NCBI GenBank assembly: GCA_030390025.1
Contig: CM059432.1
Span: 136,216,001-136,280,000 of the forward strand
Reading direction: 5' to 3'
Length of the DNA stretch: 64,000 nt
Source of the DNA: Squalus acanthias
Lineage: Eukaryota
The position numbers were made by a program, and so were the translations under genes. Numbering within the stretch: the stretch's first letter is position 1; every line of letters starts with the position of its first letter. The notes beneath the pieces are model-generated. The model was not told where the DNA came from and did no database searches. It saw only the letters and a program-made list of their open reading frames with translations. Shown piece after piece: positions 1 to 12,467 of the stretch.

Positions 1-198
1 GCAAAGGCCGAGCAGTGAGGCGCTAACTCAGAGCGCGAGCGCAGCGCAGCTGCTGCCAGTTAGCGAGGGAACACAGACACACTGGCGCCGGCCACTTCTT
101 AAAGCGGGGGGGGCCAACTTGCTCCCCAGCCACACCCTGCTCATTGCAGCCTTGAATCTCGGCCTGGAGAGACCTGTGAATACATTTTGCTGCCAAGG

Positions 199-2072
199 AC
201 GGAGAGGGTGAGAGAACGAGCTCATCGCTTCACCGAGCGGGCCTTGGATGCTCTGGTTGGCGCGGTGGAGCGCAGAAGATGTATACTCTTCCCTGAGAGT
301 GGCAGGAGGCCTTTGCCACGCGAGTACAGAAGAGTGTGGAGGGAGGTGGCTCAGAGCGTCTACTCCAGGAGCATGGTGCCCAGGACCCATGTTCAATGCC
401 GCAAAAAGTTCAACGACCTCACTCGGGTCGTCAGGGTGAGTGGCTTTTTCTCAATACCTCTCCATCCCTCCATCTCAACCTCACTCTATGGCCAGAGGGT
501 CTTAAAACCCCAATGCACAACACTCATCCAACACCTATGGCCCTTTCATGAAACACACACACACATTCCACACTTTGCATACAGTAAGGGCTATTCACCT
601 ATGGGAGGCACATCAGGCAAGACCATGGCTGCATACAGTAAGGGCTATTCACCTATGGGAGGCACATCAGGCAAGACCATGGCTGCATACAGTAAGGGCT
701 ATTCACCCATGGGAGGCACATCAGGCAAGACCATGGCTGTATATTTACTCAGATTCTGTCCTTTTTCTTGCAGGCCAAGCTGGCGCATAATAGGAGACAG
801 CAGCAACGGACAGGTGGAGGGCGGCCTCAGCTGCAACCCCTCAGCGATCTTGAGTAGCGCGTCCACAGGATTGTGGCAAGCCGGGTGATCGGTCCCGTCG
901 CCACTGGAGACGCCGACCCCGTTCTGGACAGCAATGGTAAGGTTATCACCTTTTTGTCCTCTGTCCTTCCACTTGTCCCTCACAACACCAGTCTTTGACA
1001 CTTTCAATCCAACTTGCTAACTCGCTGCACTTATTCCTCCCTTACTGCCACCCTGTCCTCACGCTAAAGCCACTCTTGTACCTCCCTGCTTTCAGATGGT
1101 GATTCACCAGCTGAGGAGACGGGCCCTGAAGCTGCCACTGGGAGTGAAGCTGCAGCCGAGGAGGAAGAGGAAGCCGGAGCATCAGTGCCACCCTCTCCCG
1201 AGGAAGCCCATGCCCACACTGGGAACACGCCTTCCCTGGAGGGGAGCAGTGGGGAAGGGTCTGATGAGGGTGAAGCTCCAGGACCCAGCGGGCTGCAGCA
1301 ACGCCATGGGGGTAGGGAAGAACGGGGGCCTTCTCCCCAGAGGGAGAGTATGCCAGAGACTCCTACTGCAATGGACGCAGAGGAGGAGCGGCTGATCGCA
1401 GAAATGAACACCCAGGCGGTGGGCATGCACACTGAGCTCATGGGTGCAGTGGGAAGGGTGCCCGAATGCATTGAGTCACTGGCAAGGAGTGTGGAGCACT
1501 TCGCTGTAGCACAGGCGGATGCCACACTAACGCTTAGTGCTGCAATTCAGTCACTGGCTGCCGTGATCCCATCTCTGACTGCTCTCATGCAGACTCAGAT
1601 TGAGGCCACGCGAGCACAGACTGCTGCCAACCTCGATGGTTCGTTCACATGTCCCCGGGGCTCTCACCGCGCCGCAGCAGGCCAGCAATCTGTTCTCCAG
1701 CAGATTGCTCCGGATGCTGAAGTGCAGCCCCGTGGGAGTGCCAGTGTGTCGGGCGAGCAGGGAGTTGCTGTCCTCTCTCACGATGACAGCATTCCTGCTG
1801 CCAACACTGTCACTTCTCCACTGCACTTGCCACCGCCTGTAGGACAGACTGCTGCCGCCCATGCAGAGTTGGTGCAGTCTGCAGCCGGGCCCTCCAGGCC
1901 CAGAACTGGTCGAGGCCGTCCTTCAGGGGCATCTGCAGTGTCAGGGTCTGATGATCAGCAGCCTTCCACCAGCCTTGCTGCAGCCACTGAGGTCCCATTA
2001 CGGAGGAGCAGTAGGGTTAGAAGGGGGGAAGTGCGCAAGGGAAGGAGATCACCCTCGAAGGGCAAAAAGTAG
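199..2072 (+). pseudogene. Harbinger Myb/SANT-like DNA-binding protein, 3 exons (199-435, 774-936, 1096-2072; ~458 codons)
   Basis: Exon 1 reads ERAHRFTERALDALV...WREVAQSV...RTHVQCRKKFNDL. GT-AG introns 436-773 (phase 0) and 937-1095 (phase 1) keep the frame. Exon 2 reads AKLAHNRRQQQRTGGG. Probable start codon is ACG (199-201) and there is an in-frame TAG at 855-857. Confidence 0.82.
577..738 (+). repeat. 54-bp tandem repeat x3 inside intron 1 of the Myb gene
   Basis: Unit GCATACAGTAAGGGCTATTCACCTATGGGAGGCACATCAGGCAAGACCATGGCT at 577, 631 and 685, with one mismatch in copy 3. Confidence 0.95.
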
Positions 2073-2385
2073 GAGGTGTGACAAAATGCTGGTCATTTTT
2101 TTATTAAAGGCCGAGGTTCATGGTCCAACTTTTGTTTAGTGTTTTTGGACATTATCTCCAGGTTGTGAGAACCAGTTATGTTATTGACTGTTTTTTTGTG
2201 TTTATTTCTATGAGTTTGTCATGAGGAATTGACACACACAGAGTTTGTAAAATAAATAAGTTTCTGTATTCAAAATATACATGGTTGGTGTTTGGAATTA
2301 TTGGTGCCTTGGCCGGCTTAGGGGTTGCGTGCTGGGTTCATTGATGTTGTTAGCAATGGCAGAAGCCATTTCCACAGCAGGGGCC

Positions 2386-3547
2386 CTAGAAGCGGCTTGC
2401 TATCAGCCGTTGACGGACGGCCCTTGCAGTTTCACCATTGTGGGCCGCCCTCCCGCCTTGGTGCTGCTGATGATCATACTCCTCGTCCTCTTCCTCCTCT
2501 TCCTCCTCCTCCTCTGGTGGTGCTCCAAGGCCTGGTGGCATTGGCTGGGTCCTGACGATTGCCATGTTATGCAACATGCAGCACACAACTACGAAGTTGG
2601 ATACTCGTTCAGGCGAGTACTGCAGGGCTCCTCCAGAATGGTCGAGACAACGGAACCGTTGCTTCAGCATGCCGATTGTGCGCTCAATGATGTTCCTGGT
2701 AGCTTGATGGCTCTCATTGTACCGCAGCTCAGCAGGGGTGTTGGGCGTACGGAGCGGTGTCATCAGCCAGGTGCTCAATGGATACCCCTTGTCCTCGAGA
2801 AGCCAACCAACTGGCTGATGCGGTGCCTCGAAAAGTTCTGCCACAGTAGTCTGGCGTAGGATAAAAGCATCGTGGCAGCTGCCAGGATAGTGGGCATTGA
2901 CAGCGAGTATCAGCTGTCTGTGGTCACAGACCAACTGAACATTCAAGGAATGGAACCCCTTTCTGTTCCGGAATTCCTCGGCATTCTCATGTGGAGCACA
3001 GCAAAGCCACATGCGTGCAGTCAATGGCGCCCTGCACCATGGGGAAGCCCGCTATCCTCGCAAAGCCCAGAGCGCGGTCACGCTGCTTGTCTGGGCTCAT
3101 GGGGAAAGAGATGAACTCTCGTCTCCTTTTAAAGAGGGCATTTGTGACCTGCCGGATGCAGCAATGCACCGCGAACTGGGAGATATTGGCGAGGTCCCCA
3201 GCAGCAGCTTGAAATGAGCCAGTAGCATAGAAGTTGAGAGCCACTGTGACCTTCACTGCCACCGACAGAGACGTCCTGGACCTCAGTTGAGGCTGCAGAT
3301 CTGGCTGCAGCAGGTGGCAGAGCTCAGTGACCACCTCCTTGCTGAATTGCAGCCTTCGCAAACACAGCTCCTCAGACATATGAAGGTAGGAGAGCTGTTC
3401 ACGATATACCCTGGGAGGGTAAGCTCTCCTGTACATACGCCTGTTGGCCCTCCTCCGTCTGGCCATCATTGCCACTCTCTCTCTGCGTCTCTGTGTCCTC
3501 CGATTCAGCTGGAGCAGGACGACGCCCCCAATCAGTGCAGTCTCCAT
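2386..3547 (-). pseudogene. Harbinger (HARBI1-like) DDE transposase, ~386 aa, single +1 frameshift near 3000
   Basis: ORFs 2987-3643 and 2386-3024 join into [67 protein letters not shown] if the A at 3000 is removed. Confidence 0.92.
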
Positions 3548-6500
3548 AGTCTCTTTGCAAGCAAAGTAATGAAGGACAGCAACGGTAAGGCAGGGGGCGC
3601 CACTCAATTTCCGCTCCGCGGCGCCACAAGGGCGTTGCAGCATGGAATGACGTCACAATCTGCGCGCGCAGGTGGTCGCAGCGGTAAAGGTTAGCGCCGC
3701 CGCACAATGTCTAGTTAAATTCCCGAGCGGCGCAAACATCGCTGCGCCCGGGCGTTAGCGGCTTTGCGCCCCATTAGCGCCCTCTTAAGGCGCTAACGGG
3801 AGGCGCAACCAACTGAATTTTTACCCCTCGGTGTTTGAGTGAGTGTGTCATTCCGATTGTGCCTTTGCTAATTCAAGATCCCCTCAGAGGCCGGTTCAGT
3901 AACTTATTTATGTCAGTTCCCCTGACAATGTTATTACTATTCCATTTCCAAAACATTCACCGCATAAAAATAAGTAACAAAAAAAAATGTCGATTTCACC
4001 ATTTCTTTGTATTTGAAAAAACAGTTCTGATTGTAACATGCTCCCACTTACAGTGCGAGAGTTCAAAGTTCAACTACTACTACTAGGCCTCATTATGATT
4101 TGATAACACTCCACCGTGTTTTCCCTCACACAAGTAAATTACAATTTCAAATTTTGTTTAACTGACCCTGGAAAATATGCAGGAAACCAGCTGAACAATT
4201 GTGTGCCGACAATTTCACACAGATCCGAGCCAATAGTACAATTAAGAGTTAAAATTATTGTGTGTTTTGGCCTTGGCTTTACAATTAAAAAAAAAGAATC
4301 ATTCAAGCACATTATTGCCTTGAAAGTTTTGCAAGCGTGTGTCAATATGCCATAAAATATGGTTCAAACACTTTACATTTCACTGTACCACAAAATGGTT
4401 TTTGCTAGTTTATTCTGTGTAAAGGACGAAAAAAAAGCCTTTGAAATACAGATATTTGTGGGTATTGAGTGGTGAAAGAGTAATGGGAATTATGTGGTAA
4501 CAATATGTTGGGCTGCATTCTGTGGTCTGTGTCTCTCTTGTCATCACTCATTTTCAGTGGGCAAGGGGGAGCAATTGCTGGGCATCAAATCATCATCAAG
4601 TAAACCAGCTCTGACACCAGCTAAAAAGGGAGATGGATGGTCAGCTAGCTCCTTGTGGAAATATTCACCAAAAGCCACCGTCTCCCCAGCATCATAGCAC
4701 GGTCCCTTGAGACCGACCTGACGGTCTTTTTTTTTTATTGGAACTGTGCGGTCACCCATAATTCTTCGGGGGGTCACCATTTGATGGGAAATTTTCATAA
4801 GCAGGGTGCTGCAGGTTAGGCCAGTCTGGCTAAGCGCTTTATTTATTTTTTTGTTCCATTTTAGGAAGGGAGCTTGCTAAAACTTCCAATATTTTATTGT
4901 TTCACTGCGGCGTGATATATTTAGCACAGCAGGAGCATAATTCACATTTATGTACCATCTAATACCCTGTAGTTTTCCAAGAGAAATCTCTGAGGTGAGG
5001 AAGAAGGTCAAGTTGTAGCCAAATGATGATTAAGTGACATCTTTCAGAAACAATTATCAGAAGTGGGAGCTTCTGGGATTACAGCAGCTTTGCATCCTTC
5101 TACCTGATTTCAAAGGGGGAGAACAGTACAAGGAATTCATAAGTTCTTTCCCCATTCAGACCATAAAATAAAAAGAGCCCGTTTCAATAAAGGCGGTGTT
5201 CTTTGCGATTTAGAGTGCCGATCTATTGTTTGTCGTGCTGTTAAGGAGCAATATAGAAAATGATCATTGTGCTTCAAATCATTGCCGTAGCTTATGTCTT
5301 GTTGCTCAAAAAAAATTGAGGATGTGGAACTCTTCCTTGTGCTATATCCTTTTTTTTTACATTTCTGTCAGCGAGGCCGTGTGCCTGTGAGCTAAGAGAT
5401 GGCGAACGAACTGTAGTCAGCCTCACAGGTGGCAATAACAAACATAGCACACAGAAAGGCAATTACTATTGTGTTTATAATATTCACGGCATTAAAAAAT
5501 AATTCTTTCAAAACGGATATTTTCTTGCCTTTCCACGAACGGCCTGAAAATTTTAATAAACTGTGGATAATACTGATGCTGTGACTAACGTGGAGAAATT
5601 TTTAATTTACAGATATTAGAGGCCCCCAGCCAAGTGCTGGTGCATTAACCCTTCACCAATACCCTTTTGAAATATTGAAACCCTCATTAGAGCATTAAGT
5701 AAGTCCATTTGTAAATTAATTTGGTGCTATGTATTATTTGATAAGTCTTAAGAGTTTTCCTACAATTTGTATTAATGGCCTAAAACTTGTGCTTTTAGGC
5801 CTGATTTTAAGACTCAACTGAACCACTGTGGCTCAACAGTTCCACCACTGCCTGTCACCCAAAAGCCACAATGAAGGCTCCACATGCTTCCACGTTGGGA
5901 TGTGAGGAGTTTAAGCAAATTAAAGCGTGTTACTCTGCTTTATATTTCTTTGTCCAGCATAAAACATGTGGGAACGTTCATTTATTGCCAGGTTAAAATG
6001 AGCCCGCACATGGAACATTCCAAACAGTCAAACTGCAGGCTAAGGCTCAATCTCCTCTGTGTAGGGATGTGCTTATTAATGAGTTAAACAAGTACCGGGT
6101 ATCCTTTAATGTGTAAATAAGTCTGTTATGCACTCAAAAGTAGCGTTAACTTAAAATGGGACAGGTATTGAAATCCCTCTGAGATCAGCAGAGTCGTTTT
6201 TAAACAGTACGTTCGGTAAAATGCTGAGATATACCTGCTACTTCACATTGCTTCGGCTCTATAAATACAGAGTTCTGATGCAGCCTCCTGCACATGACAT
6301 CTAGCCAATAAATTCACATGACAGTCATGAAACGCTCCTATAATCAGTGACATGGGATGATTTTCCGCTCCTGACAAGCCCTTGTATTGAGTATGATAAC
6401 AGTTACTCTGTCTTCATCCACTGCTAGAGTATAATATCAATCCGTTTGATGATCCAGCAAACGAAGTCCAACACTTCTGTATCAATCTTCATAGAGTGCT

Positions 6501-6582
6501 GCCTTTTGTCTAACAAAGAGCCTGGAATGAGATCATTCAATCACTTTGCTGCCTGCATGCATGTTGAAACCGATTTTTTTCT

Positions 6583-6668
6583 TTATTCTCTTCCCCCCCG
6601 CCACCACCCCCGCCATTCCGACCCCCCCCCCCGCCCCCCCCACCTCCCCTCCGCCCCCACAACCCCCC
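6583..6668. repeat. C-rich low-complexity tract (G-runs on minus strand)
   Basis: Many runs of 3-12 C separated by short spacers. Confidence 0.8.
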
Positions 6669-8049
6669 GGTCAACTCTGCCAACCTGTCCTCCCAGAAAA
6701 CGTGGCACGGAGGGCTAATTGGCATCTCAAATATCTGCAGCTAATCATCATTTTACAGTATCCTGACGTTCGGGCGGTGCGGTGGGACACGCCATCGCTC
6801 GCTAGCGTGCTGCGAGAGACTGGGTGGACAGTTTTTTTTGTTTCTCGCCCTCTCTGTTAATAATAAAAATCTAAAGAATGATTTTTGCACCGTCACCTTT
6901 TTTTTTGTACAGCATCCAAACCGCCAGCAATTAAATTAAGCTCATAAAATGCGCAGCCATGGTTCTCCTGGACAAGCAGATCCATTTAAAACTGCATGTG
7001 CGCTGGCTTCTGCTGTCCTCGTGAAATATTGTTCAATCAGCGGCCAAAGTTTTCCTTGTCAGTTTTGATATATCCGATAATAACTGTAGGTTGTTTTGCA
7101 ATGTCCAATGTTCTAGCTAGATGGGCTTTTCATATTCTTTATTGTTTTTCTGACAAAATGTTGCCCGGACTTTTTTTTCGCAGTTTTGAGAAATGAAACA
7201 ACAGTAAAAACAAAATATATCTAATCCTTTAAGAGCCAGCTTTTACTGCAAATGAGTGTCCTGTAGGGCTAATGAATGCCTTTTGGTGGGGTAAATAATG
7301 CCATTTGCAGCTGAAGATTATTTATACTCATATATAAGGATCGCAGACCTACATAAAATGTACATTTATATCACAAACACGAACAAGTCCATATTAATAA
7401 AAGGGACATGTCTAGAAGCAAATTCCAGTCAAACCTGGATTGAGGTACATTTTTACCAAGTCCCAATGTTATTTCTATTACACTAGCAGTGCCATTTCCT
7501 GTTATGTACAAATCCCTTCCGACCTAGCTTTTTTGAATTGAAAAACCTCTTTGTCATATTGCATAGAAGATGATTTTTCTATGTAAATGATGCAGATATA
7601 CTGCCCCTCTTCAACTAATCTAATCCAATTCAATAGGAAAGTACTACAGGGAAAGAAAGAACTTGCATTTATATAGTGCTTTTCACAACCTCAGGGCGTC
7701 CCAAAGTGCTTTACAGCCAATGAAGTACTTTTGAAGTTTAGTCACAATTTACACACAGCAAGGTCCCACAAAAAGCAATGAGATAAGCTGTTTGTGATAA
7801 TGACCAGATGCTTTCATGATGTTGGTTGAGGGACAAATATTATCCAGGACACCTGGGATAACTCTTCTTCGAAATAGTGCCGTGGGATCTTTTACGTCCA
7901 CCTGAGAGAGCAGATGGGGGTCTCGATTTAACATCTTATCCAAAAGACAGCACCTTAGACGGTGCAGCGCTCCCTCGGTACTGGGCTTAAATGTCAGCCT
8001 GGATTATGTGCTCAAGTCTCTGGAGTGGAACTTGAACCCGCAACATTTT

Positions 8050-10052
8050 GGCCGCGATTTCCCCTTCCTCGGCGGGTCCGGGGCGGGCGACGTCAATGGC
8101 GGGTCCTGACCCTGCTGCAGGCTCCAGCCTGCTGTGTAGAATGATTTTATGTTGATTGGGCTTGTTAAGCCTGCCCAACGCGTTTGATGACGTCATTTGA
8201 TGACACGTCATCAGCCGGTTTCCTTAAAGGGACCATGTCCAAATTGATTTTGACAGTTCTGCTGTCAGTGTTCTACAGCGTTGAGGTGCTGCAAACACTG
8301 CCAATCACTGCACAGAGGTGCACGGCTGCACCCAGGCTCTCCCATGACTCCCTCCATATGCTTATGGAGGGAGTCACAGCACGCAGGGAGGTTCTCTTAC
8401 CTTCCAATGGGCGGAAGAGACTTACCCAGGAGACCAAAACAGCCTGGTTGCACATTGCACAGGAGGACACAAGCAGGGATGTCATCAGGAGGACCAGGCT
8501 GCAGTGGCGCAAATCTTTCAATGATCTCAGTAGATGACAAAACGTTACTGCAAAGCCACACTCAACCTCACCCTGCTGTGCCACTTATCACATCGCCATC
8601 ACTCTGCCTTCCCTACCCTACTCCTGCACATCCTTACTCACACCAACTTACCTTGCACCGAGGCTCTGAGGCTCCTTCCCTCCTTAAAGGGAAGGGCCAT
8701 CGCTGCAGGCTCTGCATTTCAACGATGTCCCTCATTGCCAACGGCAGCCGGGATCCTCGATGATCAGCCCCAAGCACTCGAACGGAATGCAGGGATGATC
8801 AATTGCCGCAGTTAAACATTTTCAAACGGCAACCTAAGGGATGGAAACAAATTTTTTCTGCAGACCAGCGGCCTTACCTTTAATTACCGCTCCCGAAGCG
8901 CCCGGCCTCCCGAACAACGCCTCCTGCAGCTGTCGGTGTTATTGCCCAGCGATGCTGCAGCGGGCGGAACCGAATTTCGGGTCTGGGGTGCTCCCGGGGT
9001 GCTGCGCAGCTAGATGACGTCACGATCTCCGGGCGCAGGAGATCATGGCGCGAGGGGTTACTGCCACTGCAAACCTCCAGGTGAATTTCGTGGGCGGCAG
9101 TACTATTACTGCGCCCGGGTGGTAAGTCGTTAGCGCCCCGTTATCGTCCCCTGGAGGCGCTAACGAGAGGTGCAAAGGAGGTGAATTTTTAGCCCTTTGC
9201 GTTCTTGGACAGATTTGCGTGAACCTTTGTAAGTGGCTTAGTGAGTTGCAGTGAATGGTGAGACATAATGGTACCCCCTGCAATGGTGGTGAGTGTGAAA
9301 GGAATGGCTTGGGCCTTGTAGGGATGCTTTATGGTGTAGGTGTGGGTTGGTGCCAACCTGAAGTAAATCTGGCCATGGTGAGGCCATCCCTGGCCTCCCG
9401 GGCAGCAATGTGCTCGGGTGCTGATGCCCTCTGTCTGTGCAGCATCAGTTGATTGCGGAGAAGGTTGGTGTTGTTTTTGGTGCTGCTGGTGTGCCTGGTG
9501 TTGCTGGTGTTGGGGCTGATAGTGGTGGGATTCTATGGATCAAAGTGAGAGAGTATAAAGGGGAACCAATGCTGATGTAAAACATGACAGGTGAGGTTGA
9601 GATGACAGAAGCGATCTGTCAATGGTGAGAAAGGTTGTTCCAATGAGGTGACACTGGATAGAGAGTTTGCTCCAAACACTTGCAACCTGCAGAAAGCTCA
9701 ATCTTTCTTCCAAATGCAGTCAGCAACAGCTTCTAACCTTGGAAACTAAACAGCTGTGAGATGGGAGCTTTTATAGCACATTTGCAGCTGTTAAGTAAAG
9801 AGATGATTCCATGGTCATACAACTCCCGATCTCCTTACCTGACGTGATCCCCGAGCAGTGTGGACCCCATGGGCAACCTGGTAAAATGGCAAGGTGAGCT
9901 CAAAATACTTTTTAATGGGCTGTTAACAAGGTCATAATGACCTTAATTGCCTCCCCCGTCGCTGTGTGTCGGGTTGACCCGCTGTCAAAAAATTTTTTTC
10001 CCACCTGACCTGCCGTCGAACACACCCGCTGACCCCCTGAAAAATCCCCCCC
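8050..10052. mobile_element. Internally deleted Harbinger derivative
   Basis: TTT TSD and imperfect GG-starting TIRs. Myb remnant AAPRLSHDSL..WLHIAQE..RTRLQWRKSFNDL at ~8316-8534 (+). Transposase C-terminal remnant AAREARDGLTMARF at ~9365-9410 (-). Confidence 0.75.
8660..9195. mobile_element. Nested end fragment of a Harbinger related to the 1-3827 element
   Basis: Ends in GAATTTTTAGCCC with TTAGCGCC..GGCGCTAAC subterminal motifs like 3690-3827. Left boundary is approximate. Confidence 0.65.
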
Positions 10053-10083
10053 TTTGATTCAGAGGCAAGAGTGCGATCAACTG

Positions 10084-10392
10084 GGCAACACGGTGGCATA
10101 GTGGTTAGCACTGTTGCCTCACAACGCCAGGGACCCGGGTTCGAATCCGGCCTCAGATGACTGTCTGTGTGGAGTTTGCACATTCTCCCCGTGTCTGCGT
10201 GGGTTTCCTCCGGGTGCTCCGGTTTCCTCCCACAGTCCAAAGATGTGCGGGTTAGGTTGATTTGGCTATGATAAATTGACCCTTAGTGTTAGGGGGATTA
10301 AATACGTGGGGTTACGGGGATAGGGTGGGATATGTGTCGGTGCAGGCTCGATGGGCCGAAATGGCCTCTATCTGCACTGTGGGGATTCTGTG
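10084..10392 (+). mobile_element. HE1-like V-SINE
   Basis: Pol III A box TGGCATAGTGG, B box GGTTCGAATCC, V-domain TGTGTGGAGTTTGCACATTCTCCCCGTGTCTGCGTGGGTTTCCTCCGGGTGCTCCGG, CR1-like tail and AACTG TSD (10079-10083, 10393-10397). Confidence 0.88.
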
Positions 10393-10974
10393 AACTGAGC
10401 CACGGCCAACATCTATACTGGCATGTAGATCAGATCTTATAATTATGACTGGCAAACCTGAGGGTGTGACTTATTCACTGGTGTGAGTAATGTTCGCTGC
10501 CTCAGCACCCAATGTAAAAGTTAAAAGTGCAAACAATATTTGGGCATTATTTCATTTTACAGAAGGCCTGATACAAACCCACTACATTGAGACTATTGGC
10601 ATCGAACTGAAAATAGCACTTTCTTTGTTAACTAGATACACTTTGATTACAATAAATTCTGATTGATCATAAGATCCTACGATGTCAACCAATTCTAGCA
10701 TTACCTGACATTTGTGATCTCGATTTATGCTGCAGGATATTAGCTGACAAGTGCCATCACATTCGTTTGGCATTCCTTTCTTTGCTATTTTAGCAGAAGT
10801 GATAACCCAATTAAAATCCTTGCCACACGTAGAACTGATTGATACATTTCTAGGATTTGTCAAATACAAAATTGACGGGCAGGAAAAGACCATCTGGTCC
10901 ATCAAGCCACCCCCCACACACCATGACGAGCCACAGCATCATGACTAGACACTTCCTCCCCTGCAAGTAAGTCG

Positions 10975-11315
10975 GGCGATTTTTTTTCCCCGCCCGCTAC
11001 CTCCCCTTTACTTATCGCCCCGTGAGTCTCCTGCTGCTCCGTTCCCACCCCCTGAATCGGTCGCTGTCATCGCCTGGCGCAGATTATGGGGCCGCGGGCT
11101 AATTTTGTAGGCGGGGCAAAAACGGGGTGCTGCGCACGGTGATGATGCACCTGTGCAACGGAGTGGGGCGCTACCGGTTATCGCCGCCGCTAAACTCCCG
11201 CTGAATTTAGTGGGAGACGTTAGTGGTGCCGCGCCCGGGCGAGAAGTTGTTTGTGCCCCGTTAGCGCCCCCCAGGGGCGCCAACAAGAGGGGCAAATGCA
11301 CCGAATTTCTAGCCC
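10975..11315. mobile_element. Harbinger end fragment
   Basis: Terminus GAATTTCTAGCCC and subterminal TTAGCGCC..GGCGCCAAC. Confidence 0.65.
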
Positions 11316-11615
11316 ACAATGACAGCAGTAGAAAGAAACGATTTCAGCACGGGTGAGCAGACAGTGGAAATACTAGGGATAGAACTAAGGAGCAGCAAAG
11401 GATGCAAGACTCTGGTGGGAGTTATCTACAGATCTTCTGATAGCAGTGATATAGTGGGGGGTGCAAGAATATGGAGATCAGGGAAGCATGTAGCAAAAAC
11501 AATATGGTTATAATGGAAGATTTTAATTTTCATATAGACTGGGAGAAGCAGAACAGATCATGTAGTAAAGGCAACAGATTTCTAGAACCTCTTTAGAACA
11601 GGTTTCTGGAACAAT

Positions 11616-12467
11616 GGGCTGGATTTTCCCAGCCCTGAGGAGGCGGGTTTGGAGGCGGGACTGCTGGGAAAATGGGAAATATTGGGAGCGGGTCCCAACC
11701 TGCCTCTGAACCATCTTCCCGGGAGGCGGGTCTCGACTCATGCAGTGACCCTTCTCCTAGCAGCGGGAAGGGGATTAGAGACAATTAACTGCCTGTTAAT
11801 AGGTAGTTAACAGGCAGTTTAGAGGCTTTTCTCCATTTTCAGCCTGCTGATGCGGGCTTCCCAACGGCGGGAAACCCTGCCAGGGTCAGCGAGGCAAGCT
11901 GTGGGTCTGCTGCAGTGTAAGTGTGAAAATGACAGCTGCAGAGGTAGTGTGATGGGTGCAATTGTGCACAGTTAAGTATGACAGGTGAGAATGTAGTGAG
12001 AAATATTTTTATTCTGTTTATATGTATCTGCAGGTGACAAGATTTGATGTTTCTGTGAAGCTTCATCTGATCGGGAGAATTGACAGATGGCTTCTGCAAT
12101 CTGACATGCAGCTGCCATCTGTTTTCTCCTAAGGAGAGAGTCATTGGTGAGCCTGGGTGCAAGGGCTCACCTTTGGACAGTGGCTGTCAGTGTTTGACAG
12201 CACCTCAATGCTGTCAAACACTGACAATTCATCTGTCAAAAAATTATGGGGCCTGTCCCTTTAAGAAAACCGGCAGATGAAGCGTCATGCACTGACGTCA
12301 TCTGACACCGGCTTTCCCTTAATTGGCCAGCAAGCCCGCAGGGCGGACTTAACAATACCAATCAGGGCAAAATAGCGTCAAGTCGTCAGATGTCGCTGGG
12401 GGCGGGACTAGAACCCAGAAGGCAGCAGTCCCACCCCCAACTCGTCTCGGCTGGCAAAATCCAGCCC
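11616..12467. mobile_element. Harbinger-type MITE (family B)
   Basis: TIR GGGCTGGATTTT / AAAATCCAGCCC with AAT TSD. Removing it restores the CR1 sequence. Confidence 0.88.

Larger units (their letters stand above)
1..3827. mobile_element. PIF/Harbinger DNA transposon, autonomous-type (left end lies upstream of the window)
   Basis: Convergent Myb/SANT and DDE transposase genes. Right terminus GAATTTTTACCCC (3815-3827) resembles ends at 9183-9195, 11303-11315 and 25873-25885. Subterminal TTAGCGCC/GGCGCTAA repeats are present. Confidence 0.9.
7651..10410 (-). mobile_element. tRNA-headed DeuSINE (SacSINE1-like), split by two insertions (pieces 7651-8049, 10053-10083, 10393-10410)
   Basis: GAAAGAAAGA(A)CTTGCATTTATATAG tail and body shared with copies at 33425, 35121, 55350, 57765 and 60806. 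The head sequence resumes after each insertion. Confidence 0.75.

Noticed and set aside
187..888. 233-aa ORF as a single-exon gene
   Set aside because: After 435 it reads through intron 1 and its 54-bp repeat; Myb homology continues in another frame at 774.
2386..3547. Domesticated host HARBI1 / NAIF1-type genes
   Set aside because: Frameshift and stop lesions, paired convergent layout, a TIR and multiple paralogous remnants indicate a transposon copy.
4544..4798. 84-aa minus-strand ORF as a host exon
   Set aside because: No recognisable domain or convincing splice pair; needs BLASTX or RNA-seq.
5777..5801. Perfect 9-bp hairpin GGCCTAAAA..TTTTAGGCC
   Set aside because: Short and isolated; could be chance or a MITE scar, and no function can be supported.
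10084..10160. tRNA gene (also 50695-50760)
   Set aside because: The A/B boxes belong to SINE heads that continue into SINE bodies and tails.
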